From assembly GCF_006345805.1 (NCBI RefSeq), contig NC_042999.1:110670001-110734000 (forward strand): a stretch of 64,000 bases of DNA, written 5' to 3'. Of the stretch, positions 1-13,264 are shown piece by piece. The notes beneath the pieces were generated by a model. It saw only the letters and a program-made list of their open reading frames with translations, did not search any database and had not been told where the DNA came from. The translations under genes were made by a program, and so were the position numbers. This DNA is from Octopus sinensis (lineage: Eukaryota). Numbering within the stretch: position 1 is the first letter of the stretch; each line of letters begins with the position of its first letter.

Positions 1-385
1 AGGTTACTTTTGAAACATGCTAATTAATGCATTTGAGCTTTGGTGTTGGAGAAGACTTTTACGGATTCCATGGACAGTGAGGCTCACCAATGGAGAAGTT
101 CTTAAGCAGATAAGGCCGAAAATGCCGCTAGAAGCTAGGATCACCAAGCATAGATTGGCATATTTCGGTCATATTATGTGGAGAAAATCCCTGGAGAAGG
201 ACATCATGCTCGGAATGGTCAGTGGCAAGAGAGGAAGAGGCCGACCAAGAACCCGCTGGCTTGATACCATCAAGAATGATACCGGAATGGACATAGCCAA
301 TCTGAAAGAAGCGGCCCAGGATAGAACTGACTGGAGGACACTGATCCAACAAGTGACCGAGAGTCGACTTCGACTGAGTGGATAG
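1..385 (+). mobile_element. RTE/BovB-like LINE, 3' end of ORF (C-terminal of RT)
   Basis: ORF 17-385 reads AFELWCWRRLLRIPWT..RLAYFGHI..SLEKDIMLG..GKRGRGRPRTRWLD, the typical RTE C-terminus. Confidence 0.9.
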
Positions 386-440
386 AGAGAGAATGATTCT
401 TCCAGCTCACCACCTTGCACTTTGATACATCAATTTCAAA

Positions 441-645
441 TTTTGGCACAAGGCCAGAGATTTTGTGAGAGGGAATAAGTTGATTAGATTGACCCCGGTG
501 CTGAACTGGTACTTATTTTATCGACCCAAAAAGGATGAATGGCAACATCAGCTTTGGTGAAATTTGAACTCAGAATGTAAAGATGAATGAAATGCTACTT
601 AGCTTTCTGTCCAGCATGCTAACAATTCTGCCAGTTCATTACCTT
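441..645 (-). mobile_element. tRNA-derived SINE family A (Meta/MESC-like central domain), degraded
   Basis: Reverse complement matches the GGCGGCGAGCTGGCAGAATCGTTAGC...TTTCATCCTTTCGGGGTCGATAA..AAGTACCAG consensus seen at 33408. Other degraded copies near 3377-3546, 10575-10780 and 30255-30395 (all minus). Confidence 0.8.
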
Positions 646-971
646 AACTCACCCACTAATATTACAAGTCAATTGAGAGAGCCTATATATGGTTGCCTGG
701 CTTAGAAAAAACAGTCAAATTTTGTATAAATTCACATCAAAGTCTTACTATCTACTCACTGGATCATCATCCATGCTCAAGAGCATCCTCAACTCTCTCT
801 TTTGTTCTTCCTCAGTTATTGGGACCCTTAAGGACCTTAGCCTTGCTCAAGTTATGAGGTAATTGCTTCTGGTGCTAGTGCCACAATAATAAACCCAGTA
901 GACTCTATAAAGTGGTTGTCAAACTATTCAGCCCATGCTTGCATGGGTTGGATGGTTAAATCAGGCATGAG

Positions 972-1460
972 CAGGGCCAGATTAAGACCCAGTGAAGCCC
1001 TAAGAACTTAAAAGATTTTGGTACCTCATAAAAGATTATGTAATTCAAAATATAAACAATGACAAACTATAAAATAATTTTTTATTTTCCAAAATGAAAC
1101 AAAACAGTAAGAAGGAAAATAATGTTTGTTTTTGTATACGTCCATTTTATTTATATTTGAAAAGTTTCCTCCTACTTTTTTGAATTGCAAAGTTTTTGAT
1201 CTGATCCTCAAAATTAATCTTAGGTAACACATCAGCATCTATACTTAGTACAGATAAAAGCATCCCGGATATTATTTTAGCAAGTTTAAAGTGATTTCTT
1301 TTGTACCATAAACCATTTACCATTTCTGTGGTGTCCCTTCTTTCCCTTGATGCCCTAAACACGTGCTTATTTTGCTTAATGGTTAATCCAGCACTGGGCA
1401 TGGGCAACCTTGTTTTGAGAAGCAGGCTATATGTGATAGATCTCATCTTCTGACAGGCCT
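972..1460 (-). mobile_element. hAT transposon 3' remnant (dimerisation domain plus terminus)
   Basis: ORF 1147-1446(-) ends LLSVLSIDADVLPKINFEDQIKNFAIQKSRRK, a hAT dimerisation-like motif; CAGGGCCAGATTAA terminus-like sequence at 972. Confidence 0.7.
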
Positions 1461-1579
1461 CACTAAAACACTAAAAAAAATGTCAAGATAATTTTTTATT
1501 GGGCATGCCACTCAGAAAGTCCTGTAGGCTGTATGTGGACTAAAGGCTACAGTTTGCCCATGAGTGGGTTAAATGATGG

Positions 1580-1611
<32 letters not shown>

Positions 1612-1969
1612 TAATAGCTAATTAGCTAATTTAATTCTAGATAAATTTTGTCTGTAAACAAGTTAATGTTATTATAGTTGTAATACCTTTGGTCATAACA
1701 TGCTCAGTGAGAGTTAACCTTGGGTTAAACAACAACAATAACAGCAGCAGCAGCAACAAAAACAACAACAACAACTCATGAACTAACACCACAATGACTA
1801 TCAAATAAAGGCAATACTAACAAATATCAAATATGTCAAAAATTTTACTTTGAAAGCACAAAAGCACACACAAAAACACACATAAACACACACACACACA
1901 CACACATGTACACATACATAAATACACACACACACATATATATATATATACTATATAAAAACTCATATA

Positions 1970-2053
<84 letters not shown>

Positions 2054-2416
2054 CAGACTTTATGAAAGAAAGAACAAAGGAAAGAAAACTAAATGTTGTA
2101 AACAATGATAGTAAGTTGATATTTGTTTCCATATCAGTGATTTTATACAGAAAATATAAAGCTGATATTATCTTACTGAATATTTTGTTTAAATATTATG
2201 TTATAAAGAATGATATCAACACATGAATATCCATATCAGATATCAGGAATATTTCTTGCTACAATGATTTCTTTTGATTATGAACTGAGCAACATTTTCA
2301 AATGGAGAATAAGTGATTGAATTTCCTCCTTGTCTTCTTCATTGTTGTTGTCTTTGTTGTCGTCGTCATCATCTTTCTCCTCTTCTGTTGTGCAGTAGAT
2401 ATCAATGGCCATTAAC

Positions 2417-2983
2417 AGCTTGTTGTCCAGAAAGTTTGTGCCAATTTATAGCAGCCTACCTTTCGACTTATTTTAGAACATGGTTGAGTCCATAAAATAG
2501 GACTTGACTACACCTCCATTCAGAGCACAGTTTAAGCTATCTTTTTGTGGAAGAAGGTTTATGTCCCTATAACCTGTGTTAATTCTGTAACCCTTTAAAA
2601 TAGAAGATAAGAAAGTTCATTTGCGGCACTTGATGCTTTGGGAACCAAACAAATTGCTGCAGCTTGGCTGTGATGTGTTACCTCACCCTCCATATTCACC
2701 AGATATTGCTCCTTCAGATTTCCACTTATTCAGGTTTCTGCAGAATAGTCTTAATGGTAAAAATTTCAATTCCTTGGATGACGTAAAAAGATACCTTGAT
2801 GAATTCTTTGCCATGAAACCACCTCAATTCTGGGAAGAGGGTATTTTCAAGTTAAAGGAAAGATGGAGACGGATTGTGCAACAAAATGGTTCACATTTAG
2901 TTGATTAAAAATGTAATAGCAAGTATTTATTGACCTTTTTCTTTCCTTTAAAAATCAACACAAACTTTCCGGACAACCCAATA
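2417..2983 (+). mobile_element. Internally deleted mariner element with both TIRs
   Basis: GTTGTCCAGAAAGTTTGTG (2422) is inverted to CACAAACTTTCCGGACAAC (~2959-2977). N-terminal KKVHLRHLMLWE is fused directly to C-terminal KLLQLGCDVLPHPPYSPDIAPSDFHLF...NG. Confidence 0.9.
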
Positions 2984-3744
2984 TTTGTCAGATTTGGGGT
3001 TTTTAATCTATGAAGTGCCACTCTGTTGCAGATATAATCATTCTCAACTGAGTGGACGAGAGTAACATGAAGTGGATTGCATTACTCAAGGATACAGAAT
3101 GCTGTCTAGACCAAAAATTGAATTAATAATCTAGATTCAACAGCCAAGCCTCCAGGTTTTTGATTCCATTTATTTCAGTGGTATTGAACTCAAATTAATA
3201 ATGGTTTTACTTCTTGCTACCAAATCACCTTCCAACCTGTTCATAACCTTACAAAAGAAAAGGACATATTGGATAATGTGATACATGGTGCATTATTTTT
3301 CTGAGAGAGTAAGATATCATATGAAAGAAATTTGTATGACATGTATAGCAGGTTGAGCAATGATAACAAAGCCAGCAATTTCATGAGAGAGATAAATCAA
3401 TTATCTCAACTGGTATTTATCTTATCGACCCCAAAAGGATGAAAAGCAAAGTTGACCTCAACAAAATTTGAACTCAAAATGTAAGGAGGATGAAATACCA
3501 CTTAGCATTTTACCTGGCATGTTAATGGTTCTGCTAGCTTGCCACCTGAGACTCTTTCTTATGATTTCTATGTAAAAAGAACCTACATAATTTAGTAATA
3601 TTGAAACCAAGGCTAACATCTTTTATTTACAAAATATTTTAAAGACCAAAGGGTCTGTTTAAACTTGGACACTATACTCTCTTCCCCTAATCTTCCTTGC
3701 TCATTTTGCCAAATTTATTGAGTATTAGCCATCCAGTTCCCTCT

Positions 3745-3943
3745 TAATCCAGCCATCTCTGGCCCAAATATTTTACCTGTTTTATCTTGAAATCTGCTAG
3801 ATCTGACCTCTCACACCTACCCAACAATATCATTTGACAAACAAACAATCACATCACCAAAATTAAGAGCTATAATATCATGCCTGATTAAAACAATATG
3901 AATTAATAAGCCTCACAAAGTAATCTGAAGGCTAGAGGGTTAA
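3745..3943. mobile_element. piggyBac-like MITE (copy of 44799-45030 family)
   Basis: Shares CCAT(A/C)TCTGGCCCAAATATT..ACCTGTTTTAT with 44820; ends GAGGGTTAA (TTAA-type end). Confidence 0.5.
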
Positions 3944-4941
3944 ACAGTTTGCCCAAAATATTCTTCAGGTGAACACTATTATTTAAGACAATCTTAGTGA
4001 AGTTATGAAGTTGATAGAACATCAGAGAGAATACATTGCAGAGAATGCATTGCAGAATTTGACGCAACCCTCTATACTTTGATCACCTGCCAAGATCACC
4101 TATACCTTTCATCTATTTGAGATTGACAAAAAAGCACCTAGTCAGAGAAGTGGAGTGTAAGATTGGCAGAACTGTTAATATATCAGGTAAAATGTTTTAC
4201 AATATTTGTTCATTTTCTCTGATGATTTCAAATCATGCCACAAGCTACTTAGGTGGTTTGACTCAACCATCTTGCATCTTAGGTGCATTTAATGAAGCCT
4301 GTCTGTGGCAGAAATATGGGACAGGCATCCACTTTGAGGATCCTTTTTCTTTCCCCTTCCAACTAGTCTTCAAGGCCCTACAAAGAACCATTAGCACTGC
4401 GTTCCTTCCTGACTAAAAGGTAACAAAACACAAAAGACAAACAGAAAAAAACTTTCATGGCCCATCTTCATTTGGTTTTAAACTGTAATTCATTTCTTAT
4501 TTCTTATTTCTCATTTCTGTTACTTTGCCTCAATCACTTTAAAAAGAAATTGAACCACATACACTACACACCAGACACATTTAACAGTCCTCCTTCCTTA
4601 GAATTACTCTTCTACATAAGCACCTTCTTCGTCTATGTTTTCCTCATCACATTGACTAACCATCAGCTTATAACTTTTTCTGAGTCACATTAACAGCACC
4701 CATTTATTCTTATCAAAGGGATTGCAAGGAATCTGCAAGCACTGTGGACACAACCCCTTCTTCACATATTAACCAATTAAAAAGAGAGACATTAATTTGC
4801 ACTCTACAAAACTTAGCTCGTTAAAGCCAATATAAAACTTATGAAATTCTTTCTAAAATTTATTAATTTTAATATCAATATCAGCAATATTACTACACAC
4901 ATACACACACATATTGGCATATATGTATATATGCATGTATA

Positions 4942-4982
<41 letters not shown>

Positions 4983-6069
4983 GATGGTTGCACACATACT
5001 CAAAGACTCACACACATGAATGTGTATTTCTATGTGTGGGGGTGGGGTGTTTCCTGAAACAGTATATTCACTTAATATTATATTAGATTGCATAATAGTA
5101 ATAATATTTAGAAAAAGTAATTAGATATATATATGCATGTAATATATATTATATATAATATATAAATATATAAATATATGTTTATGTATATACATATTAT
5201 ATATATGCGCACATATAAATACAGCAAACAAAAAAGTTTTAAAAATTGAATAAATAAATAAAGAAAGCAATAAATCTGCTAAAAATAGGTTCAAAATACT
5301 TGCTGATATTCATTGAGATAGTTGATACTGATATACATGTGTATATGTGTGTGTATGTATGTATGTATGTATGTATGTATGTATGTATGTATGTATATAT
5401 ATATATATACACATATATATACATATATATAGTATGTATATATACATATAAATATAAATAAATAAATATATATATATGCATACGTACCTATATATCTGTG
5501 TGTATATTTATGTATATATATGCATATATATGAACATCCTCCACACACACATACACACATCATTCTCACAAGGGTCTAACTATTAATGTTTTGTTGGTAA
5601 TAACTGAAGGAAAAAAAACAAAGCAAAAAACAATATAAATACAGTAATATGCTAAAAAAAACAGTAATAATAAACCAAAAAATCATAAAATAACAAATCA
5701 AATGTATTCACTGATATTGTAGTTAAAGTCTGAAACAACTGTAACAACAATAGCAACAAGAATAACATGTATGCTTTATATAGTATTCCTTGTTGGAATA
5801 AAATGAACTTGAATGCAATTTTAATGATCTCACTAATTTAAATATCACTAAGGTTTAAAGAAAAGAAAAAAATTAATTTAGAAAAAAAAAAGATTAAAAT
5901 AATGCTAAAAAAATAACAATAATGAATAAACATAAGAAAAGAGCAAATTATGATATTTAAACGTCTTAACCTCGAAAATGTAATTTGCATTCTTTTAGTT
6001 TTTTTGCAGATATCTTTTACATTATGTTGGTGTATGTGTGAATGTGTATTTCCACTGCATATATATATT

Positions 6070-6101
<32 letters not shown>

Positions 6102-6162
6102 CATACAAACATATATGTATAGACATATAAATGTGCATATACACATAGATACATATAAATAT

Positions 6163-6213
<51 letters not shown>

Positions 6214-7086
6214 TATATATACACACACACACATACTCACTCACATCTCTCTCTATATATATAGATATATACACATACATCCATATATAAGTATATGTGT
6301 GTGTGTATGTGTGTTGTATAGTTGTAAAAGTTTCAATAAAGAACATTTTTAATATAAATTTTCTCAGAAAATATTATTTAATCTTTCATAACAATTTCAA
6401 AATATAATCCTTTAATCTCTCGAAGCAATTTCAAGTGATTTTTGTAAAATTTTTCATGGCAATTTCAAACTGTTGTTATTTAATCTGACACAAAAATGAG
6501 AAAATATTATTTAATCTCTTGTAATCATACCAAAAATATTACTGCTTAATCTGTCTTTATAATGTCAAAATAGTAACATTTGATCTTTGATGAAAATATG
6601 CACACACATACACACACATATATACATAAAATAACACATCTTGAACTGCAAGCATGCAGGTGTAAGGAATTAGTATACACAAGCACATAAGAATGCTCAT
6701 GCATGCATGTGTGTATTCATACAGATCAATACACACATACACACACACACAAATGTAAGTAGAATTAGACAACTACGAATTCAGGCAGTAAAGAAAATAT
6801 GAAAAATAAAAAGAGCAAAATAAAAAACGGGAAGATATACTCCAAAATAGACAAGCTAACACATTGGAAAATATCTTTGTGTGCATATATATGTGCATGT
6901 ATGAGTATGTGTGTGTGCGCGTGTGTGTGTAAGGGTATAAATATATATGCATGCGTGTGTATGTATAAATATATGCGTGTGTGTGTATATATATGTAATA
7001 TGTACATACGCATATATGTATATTTATGTGTATGTGTTAATGTAGTTATGCATATGCAATTATGCAAATTTGTATGTGTGTGCATG

Positions 7087-7133
<47 letters not shown>

Positions 7134-7734
7134 GGGATGGGGGATGGGGGTAGGGAGTGTGTGTATGTATATATTTATGTATTTGCATTTAGAAAAGTAC
7201 ACAACATTATAAAATATAAGTGAAAATAAGAAATAAAACCAGTTAAAAAAAAGTATCTCAAATGGAACAACAAAAATGACAACAAAGAGAATTTACTAAA
7301 AAAAGCAAACAAATAAAACATCCCCTCCCCTAAAAAAAAAACAACAAACGTCTTAACAGTATAACTCAAGACATATACCTAATCTTTTTGAACAGCCTTG
7401 TAATATTACTTGCCTTCATTCTACAGTCACACAATTATGCAATTGTAGTGTTTCTGAAATACAAATCAGCTTTGATATGGATAAGTTATTGGGTTTTTTT
7501 CTTTATTTTTCTTTCCTTTATATTTGGTAGGTTCAGAAATAAGGACAAGATCTACATTATCACAGGAACAGGCGTGAGTGTGTGCTAAGAAGTTTGCTTC
7601 TGAACCAAATAGTTTTGGGTTCAATCCTGCAGTTGGACATTTTGGACAAGTGTCCTTTACTATACCCCACACCCACGCTGAGCAAAGCCTTATGAGTAGA
7701 TTTTGTCTTTTATCTTGTACTTGTTTTAGTCATA

Positions 7735-7946
7735 TGTGACTGCGTGTGTATCATTGGCAATTTTTTTTTCCTCCGTCTTTCCTTCCTTGGACCTTTCCTT
7801 TTTCTATGTTTCTGACGAAGAGCTCTGCTCAAAATGGTAGATCCTCCTTCTTTCTTTCCTTTCCTGAGCGTCCAATAACACTATACTTGTTCCATGTCCT
7901 CGAGTTGCTGTGTTTTCTCTTTATGTTTTCATGTTTGGATTAACTA
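7735..7946 (+). mobile_element. PLE pseudo-LTR-like short repeat, family P1, with decayed minimal hammerhead
   Basis: GTTT-CTGACGA-A-GAGC-TCT-GCTC-AAAA (GAAA mutated) at ~7808-7834; homologous to 41089-41290, 42608-42690 and 50078-50300; 3' end runs into (TA)n. Confidence 0.75.
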
Positions 7947-8121
7947 TATATATATATATATATATATATTTTGTGAAATAGAAAGATGAATAATCTTGTT
8001 GCAGATTAATCAAAAGTTTAACCGATACCTTGGTAGCAAAAATCACAGCAGAAGACAGCACGGTTGGAGGTACAACCATATGGTGTTGCAACCATGCGTT
8101 GATGCGGATAATTGAATTTTA

Positions 8122-8400
8122 ATATTATTAGTGAATTGAAGAAATGGAGTTGAACGAAGATTGAACAGAAATCGTTTTATTGCATTCTACACGTGTTTCG
8201 AAAGCCACAATTTACCAAATTCCGATTGAATAAGGAGACCATATTGTGTCTTTCTCTCCAGGAAGAAATAGGACACAATATGGTCTCCTTATTCAATCGG
8301 AATTTGGTAAATTGTGGCTTTCGAAACACGTGTAGAATGCAATAAAACGATTTCTGTTCAATCTTCGTTCAACTCCATTTCTTCAATTCACTAATAATAT
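8122..8400. repeat. Perfect inverted repeat: 129-bp arms, 21-bp spacer
   Basis: 8122-8250 is the exact reverse complement of 8272-8400. Confidence 0.98.
8178..8271 (-). ncRNA. Type I hammerhead ribozyme motif with A6G core variant
   Basis: Minus strand: stem I TTC - CTGGAGA (8261-8255) - stem II GAAAGaCACAAT..ATTGTGgCTTTC - GAAA (8199-8196) - C ACGT G TA, predicted cut between 8188 and 8187 - GAA; AATAAA follows. Confidence 0.75.
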
Positions 8401-8411
8401 ATATATATACA

Positions 8412-8565
8412 CATGATGGGCTTCTTTCAGTTGCTGTCTACTAAATCCACTCACAAAGTTTTGGTCAGTCTGAGGCTATAGTAGAAAACACTTGCTCAAG
8501 GTGCCGGGACTGAACCCAGAACCATGTAGTTGGTAAGCAAGCTACTTACCACACAGTCACTCTTA
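8412..8565 (-). mobile_element. SINE family B head (tRNA plus CORE-like domain)
   Basis: Reverse complement GTGACTGTGTGGTAAGTAGCTTGC..GGTTCAGTCCC..CCTTGAGCAAGTG. Other head copies near 7568, 8805, 18810 and 62175. Confidence 0.8.
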
Positions 8566-8963
8566 TATATATATGTGTGTGTGTGTACGTTTATGCACCT
8601 GTTTTGCAAGATTCCTGGTGTGAAATCATGTGTTGAAAAAGATATTGTTATATTTCAGGATAGTCATTTTTTCTTTGTTTTTTTCCCCAAATAAACACAT
8701 GTATGTTTATCTGACAAAGTAAAAGAAATAACCATCCCAAAATATAGCAATATACACGTACACACAAATGCATACACGCATATATATTCACACACGCATA
8801 CATGTTATGATATTATGTAGTTGTGTGGTTAAAGTGTTTGCTCCCCATGCATGGAACTTTGTGCAAGTATTTTCTACTACAGTCATAAGGTGAGCACAAC
8901 CTTGAGAGTAGATTGGTTGAAGGAAATTGAAAGAAGCCCATATATATATATGTATATATATAT

Positions 8964-9215
8964 ACTAGCAGTGCACCCCAGTGGTACCCAGGGGTTATGA
9001 CCTACAGTCACATTGTAGGTTCCCACAGAACCCTAGGCTTCCACAAAAGTTTCCTAGGTGTTCTACGAGAAAGAGTGAGATAATCTAATGCTAATTTCAT
9101 GATTGTAATATTACCATACATGCACAACATATTATTACTTATTGTAATATTATAATATAGACATCATCCAATCTAACCTATCATATTATCAAAAACTATA
9201 ACAACCATATATATA
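8964..9215 (-). mobile_element. Possible non-autonomous Helitron
   Basis: Minus-strand end ACCCCTGGGTACCACTGGGGTGCACTGCTAG|T: GC hairpin followed by CTAG. Confidence 0.45.
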
Positions 9216-9239
9216 TATATGTATATATATAATCATTCA

Positions 9240-9435
9240 CCATGATTGATTGCTAGCCACTAAGCCATTTTTATTTTCTCTCTGTTTATTTCTGTGTTCC
9301 TTTCTGTTGAAGAGCGTAAGCTTCAAATGTAAAAGACTTTCTCACTTCCCGAGTTTTAAACTAATACATCTGTTTGTTGTTTACACACCCATCTTCATCT
9401 TTTGTTTTGTTTTGTTTTTTTTAAAATTCCAACTA

Positions 9436-9437
<2 letters not shown>
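9240..9437 (+). mobile_element. PLE pseudo-LTR-like repeat, family P2 copy 1 (decayed hammerhead)
   Basis: CTTT-CTGTTGA-A-GAGC-GTAA-GCTT-CAAA-TGTA-AAAG at ~9300-9335; 3' end abuts (TA)n. Confidence 0.7.
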
Positions 9438-9486
<49 letters not shown>

Positions 9487-9488
<2 letters not shown>

Positions 9489-9681
9489 GCCATGATAGAT
9501 CAGTAGCCACTACACACATTTTTTTTCTCTTGTTTCACTCCTTGTTTTTTCTGTGTCCCTTTCTGTAGAAGAGCGTTGGCTCGAAATGTAAAAGACTTCT
9601 TCTATTCCTGAGCGTAATACTAATACATCTGTTTGTTTTGTACCCCACCTGTCTTCGTCTTTTGTTTTTTTCATAAACTCT

Positions 9682-9686
<5 letters not shown>
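9487..9686 (+). mobile_element. PLE pseudo-LTR-like repeat, family P2 copy 2 (hammerhead-like fold)
   Basis: CTTT(9559-62)-CTGTAGA(9563-69)-A-GAGC-GTTG-GCTC-GAAA(9583-86)-TGTA-AAAG(9591-94); direct repeat of copy 1, separated by (TA)n. Confidence 0.7.
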
Positions 9687-9718
<32 letters not shown>

Positions 9719-10327
9719 ATGTGAACTATGAGGAAAAAATATGAGAAATATATGGTATATAATCTTTGTTTTGTGCAGGGGTTCCTTGAGACATATAATT
9801 TATTTTAAGGTTCATGCAGGGGTAAAAAGGTTGAGAAACACTGAATTACAGTGTAAGGTATCCTAGGTGTTGTGCAATAGGATTGAACTGAAAACCACCT
9901 AGCTGCCAAGTGAACCTGCTGAGATTTTAGTTTCCACTTAATCTCTTCAATAAAACTTCTGGAAGAGTTATTTGATGTCTAGAATGTCCATTTAAATAAC
10001 CATGTATTTCTACTGCTACATATAGATATATATCAAGAAATAGATTAAATCTAATCCTCTGGAATAAAAGATAATATTGGGTGAAGGATTACTTTCTCTT
10101 TTGACAAGGCCTTTTATACAACAAAAACGTATTTGTTCTGTTTGTAATATTTGCTGGTATTTTATTTCATGTTTTTTTGGGGTTTTTTTTGCACTATCCT
10201 AGTGTTTTGTTTTTAATTGTTTCTGTATTGTTTGAAATATAGAAAAACAGCAATAACAACAACAGCAACCATAACAACTACAACAACAACAATGAATATA
10301 CTACTACTGCTGTGGCCACTACCACTG

Positions 10328-10375
<48 letters not shown>

Positions 10376-10979
10376 ATTGACTGACTGATTCCTAATATAT
10401 CCACAAACCACAAATTTGGAGGGAATGGTTAATTGTGTCAATATAGTACTCAGTTGGTACTTGATCCAAGAAGAATGGAAGGAAAAGTTAGCAATGTTAG
10501 TTTGATGGTAATAATAATAATAATAATAATAAATAATAATAATAATAATAATAATAGTATATTTTTCTTCCTACTCTAGGTAGGAATGCCTTCAACATTG
10601 GGCAAAGAAGCTAGTCTATTATATCAACCCCAGTGCTTAACTGGTACTTATTTATTTTATCAACCCTTAAAGGAAGACATTCAAAGTCAACCTTGATGGA
10701 GTTTGAACCCAGAACATAAAGATGGATGAAATGCTGTTAAGCATTTTTCCCAGTGTGCTAATGCTTCTGTCAAATTTGCCAACTAATTTGTGCTATGCAA
10801 TTTTAAAAGGAAAACTGAAGCTGCATTGTGTTAATGCAAAATTTGAAAGAGGAATAGAAACAGAACTGCATCATAGAGGTGTTTGTTCATTTGAATGCTA
10901 ATGAAACTTTCTGATAAATGCCAAAGTAAGGGGTGAAATATGGGTGTATGGCTAGAATATAATAATAAATAAAAAAATA

Positions 10980-11230
10980 AATGCACTCTTCTAAAGCCCA
11001 GCCATGCTCATAGGCCCGGTTTCCCAGTTGCTATGGCGTATGTGTTCCCCAGCTGGACGGGACACCAGTCCATCATAGCATTACTCATTTTTGCCAGCTG
11101 AGTGGACTGGAGCAATGTGAAATGAAGCGTTTTGCTCAAGAACACAACGCGTCGCCCGGTCCAGGAATAGAAACCACAATCTTATGATCATGATGCTAAC
11201 ACCCTAACCACTAAGCCACACACCTCCACA
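10980..11230 (-). mobile_element. tRNA-derived SINE with CORE-like and V-like segments
   Basis: Reverse complement has TGGCTTAGTGGTTAG A-box, GTGTTCTTGAGCAAAACGCTTCATTTC, and GATGGACTGGTGTCCCGTCCAG. Confidence 0.6.
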
Positions 11231-11805
11231 GAATATAATAATAAATTAAAATTACAAGGCAGTCACTGACATAGGTTCCATCTACATCTCTGCAACCAAA
11301 AGATGTACATCAGAATCATTCCTGTATGAATATGATGTTGATACCTTTTTTTGATTGGAAGGCTGTCATTCCTCAAGAGTTTGTTCCATGCAGTCACACA
11401 CACACACACTTATATTATTCTTTTATTCTGTTATTGTTTTGCTTGTTTCAGTCATATGACTGCAGCCATGCTGGGGCACCACCTTAAAGGGATTTAGTTG
11501 AAGAAATAGACCCCAACACTTATATTCTGTAAGCCTAGTACTTATTCTGTTGATTGATTTTGCCAAAGATATTTTGTGTTCTTGTCCCATTTTGTATTTT
11601 ATATATATATATATATAAATATGCATACACACATACAGATGGGTAAAATTTTGGCCAGATCACACAGCAAGACACATATACACATACATACAGGTCAAAT
11701 CAGATAAGCAATATTCAGTTACAATTTCAGTTTGATATCTGTGAAATATTTGAGTCATTTGATATGTATATTTACAAAGTATTTCCACATTTAGACCTAT
11801 ATATA

Positions 11806-13130
11806 CAGACATGAGAGAAATGAATAGACACCCTTATAATCATTAAGAGTTATCAAAATCTGAAATTATACATTCAAGCTATTTATTAATTGTTATAATG
11901 TAAATATTTAATATTCAGTAGACATGTCCTTTGCATTTTTCAATGCAAGGACCCTAATAGGCATGTTACTGATCAGATGATATATATTCTCTTGTGAAAT
12001 TTCTTGTTAAGTTTCATGATGTAATCTCAAAAGATCTGGCTTTGAAGATGTTTTCGTGTTCTTTTTATGAAGTGTCCTGTCCATTATGTCCCAGTGGTGT
12101 TCAATAGGGTTCATATCTGGTGACTGGTCTGGCTGTGGAAGCTTTCTACTGCTATTCTTATCCAACAAATCTTGGGTCATTTTAGCTGTGTGACAAGGAG
12201 GCCCATTTTCCATAAACAAAGATGCTTCTTTAATGATTTCATTACTGGAGAAGACTGAAGGTGTCCTTTAATGACATTTTATTTGTTTTTTGAAATTCCA
12301 TTAATTCCTACTTTGTTATTAATTTTAAGTTGGGGTTATCAGCCTGAACAGTTACAAGCTGGTATATATTTATCTGAGACTATGTTTCCCTCACACTCCA
12401 CCAACTCTGATCAACCATTGCTCCAAATTGCTCCCCAGACAATCACAGAATAGTTGCCATGTTTCATTGTTGGCTGAAATCTTTTCACATCAAATTCTTG
12501 ATCACAAAGTCTCCAGACCCACACTCTACCACTGTCAGGAAATACAGCAAATCTGAACTCATCAGAGAATATGACAGTGTCCCAAAATGCTACTGGCCTC
12601 TCTACCATCTCACTGCCCCAATCTTTTCTCCACTTGATGTTGGCTTCCTTCTTGCTGCTCTGCCATAGTAACCAAGTTTGTGGACATACCTGACAGCTGT
12701 TCTGGAATTGACATCAACTTGTTCTGCTTTGTTAGAGGTCTTGCAATGAGGATTATCTTCCACACTTCTCTTAGCAAAGAGAAAGGTCCTGTCAGAGCAC
12801 CCTGGTTGATCTGGGTGAGGCGATGTGGACTCCTTTTCCTCTCTGGGGAATTGCACAATCACTCTATTAACTGTAGAAAGTGGGATCCCAAAGTTTTCTG
12901 CGATTTTACACTGACATAGTCAGTGTAAAATGACCCACACTATGGCCTCAGAATGATCCACAATATAGCAGACTGCTCCAAGGCATTTTTTGTACATGAC
13001 ATGATAAAACAGTGACATACAGAACCTGAAGCATAAAAATGTCAATTAATAAAAAATATAAACCTTTACAAGTAAGAATAAATATAAACGATATTTTATG
13101 GGGTGTCTATTTACTTCTGTCTCGTCTGTG
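11806..13130 (-). mobile_element. Tc1-family DNA transposon, near full length, frameshifted
   Basis: Minus ORFs give VIFSDE..VWGAI, then GPPCHTAK..QSPDMNPIEHHW. Imperfect TIRs (..AATAGACACCC at 11806-33 vs GGGTGTCTATT.. at 13101-30); TA on both sides. Confidence 0.9.
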
Positions 13131-13226
13131 TAGATTTTTGAGTGTGTTTAAGTCAGTAGAAGTCTCTTAATATGTTTTTCTTTATGTGTATTCATGTGTG
13201 AATATTTGATATTGTGCTTGAACATA

Positions 13227-13264
<38 letters not shown>

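Noticed and set aside
3969-4186. Exon-like segment with AG/GT ends and protein-like stretch DNLSEVMKLIEHQREYIAENALQNL
   Set aside because: Four in-frame stops and no recognisable homology.
6059-6090. Apparently symmetric TT/AA interruptions in (TA)n tracts
   Set aside because: Any TT..AA pair inside an alternating tract is automatically palindromic, so this is not evidence of foldback.
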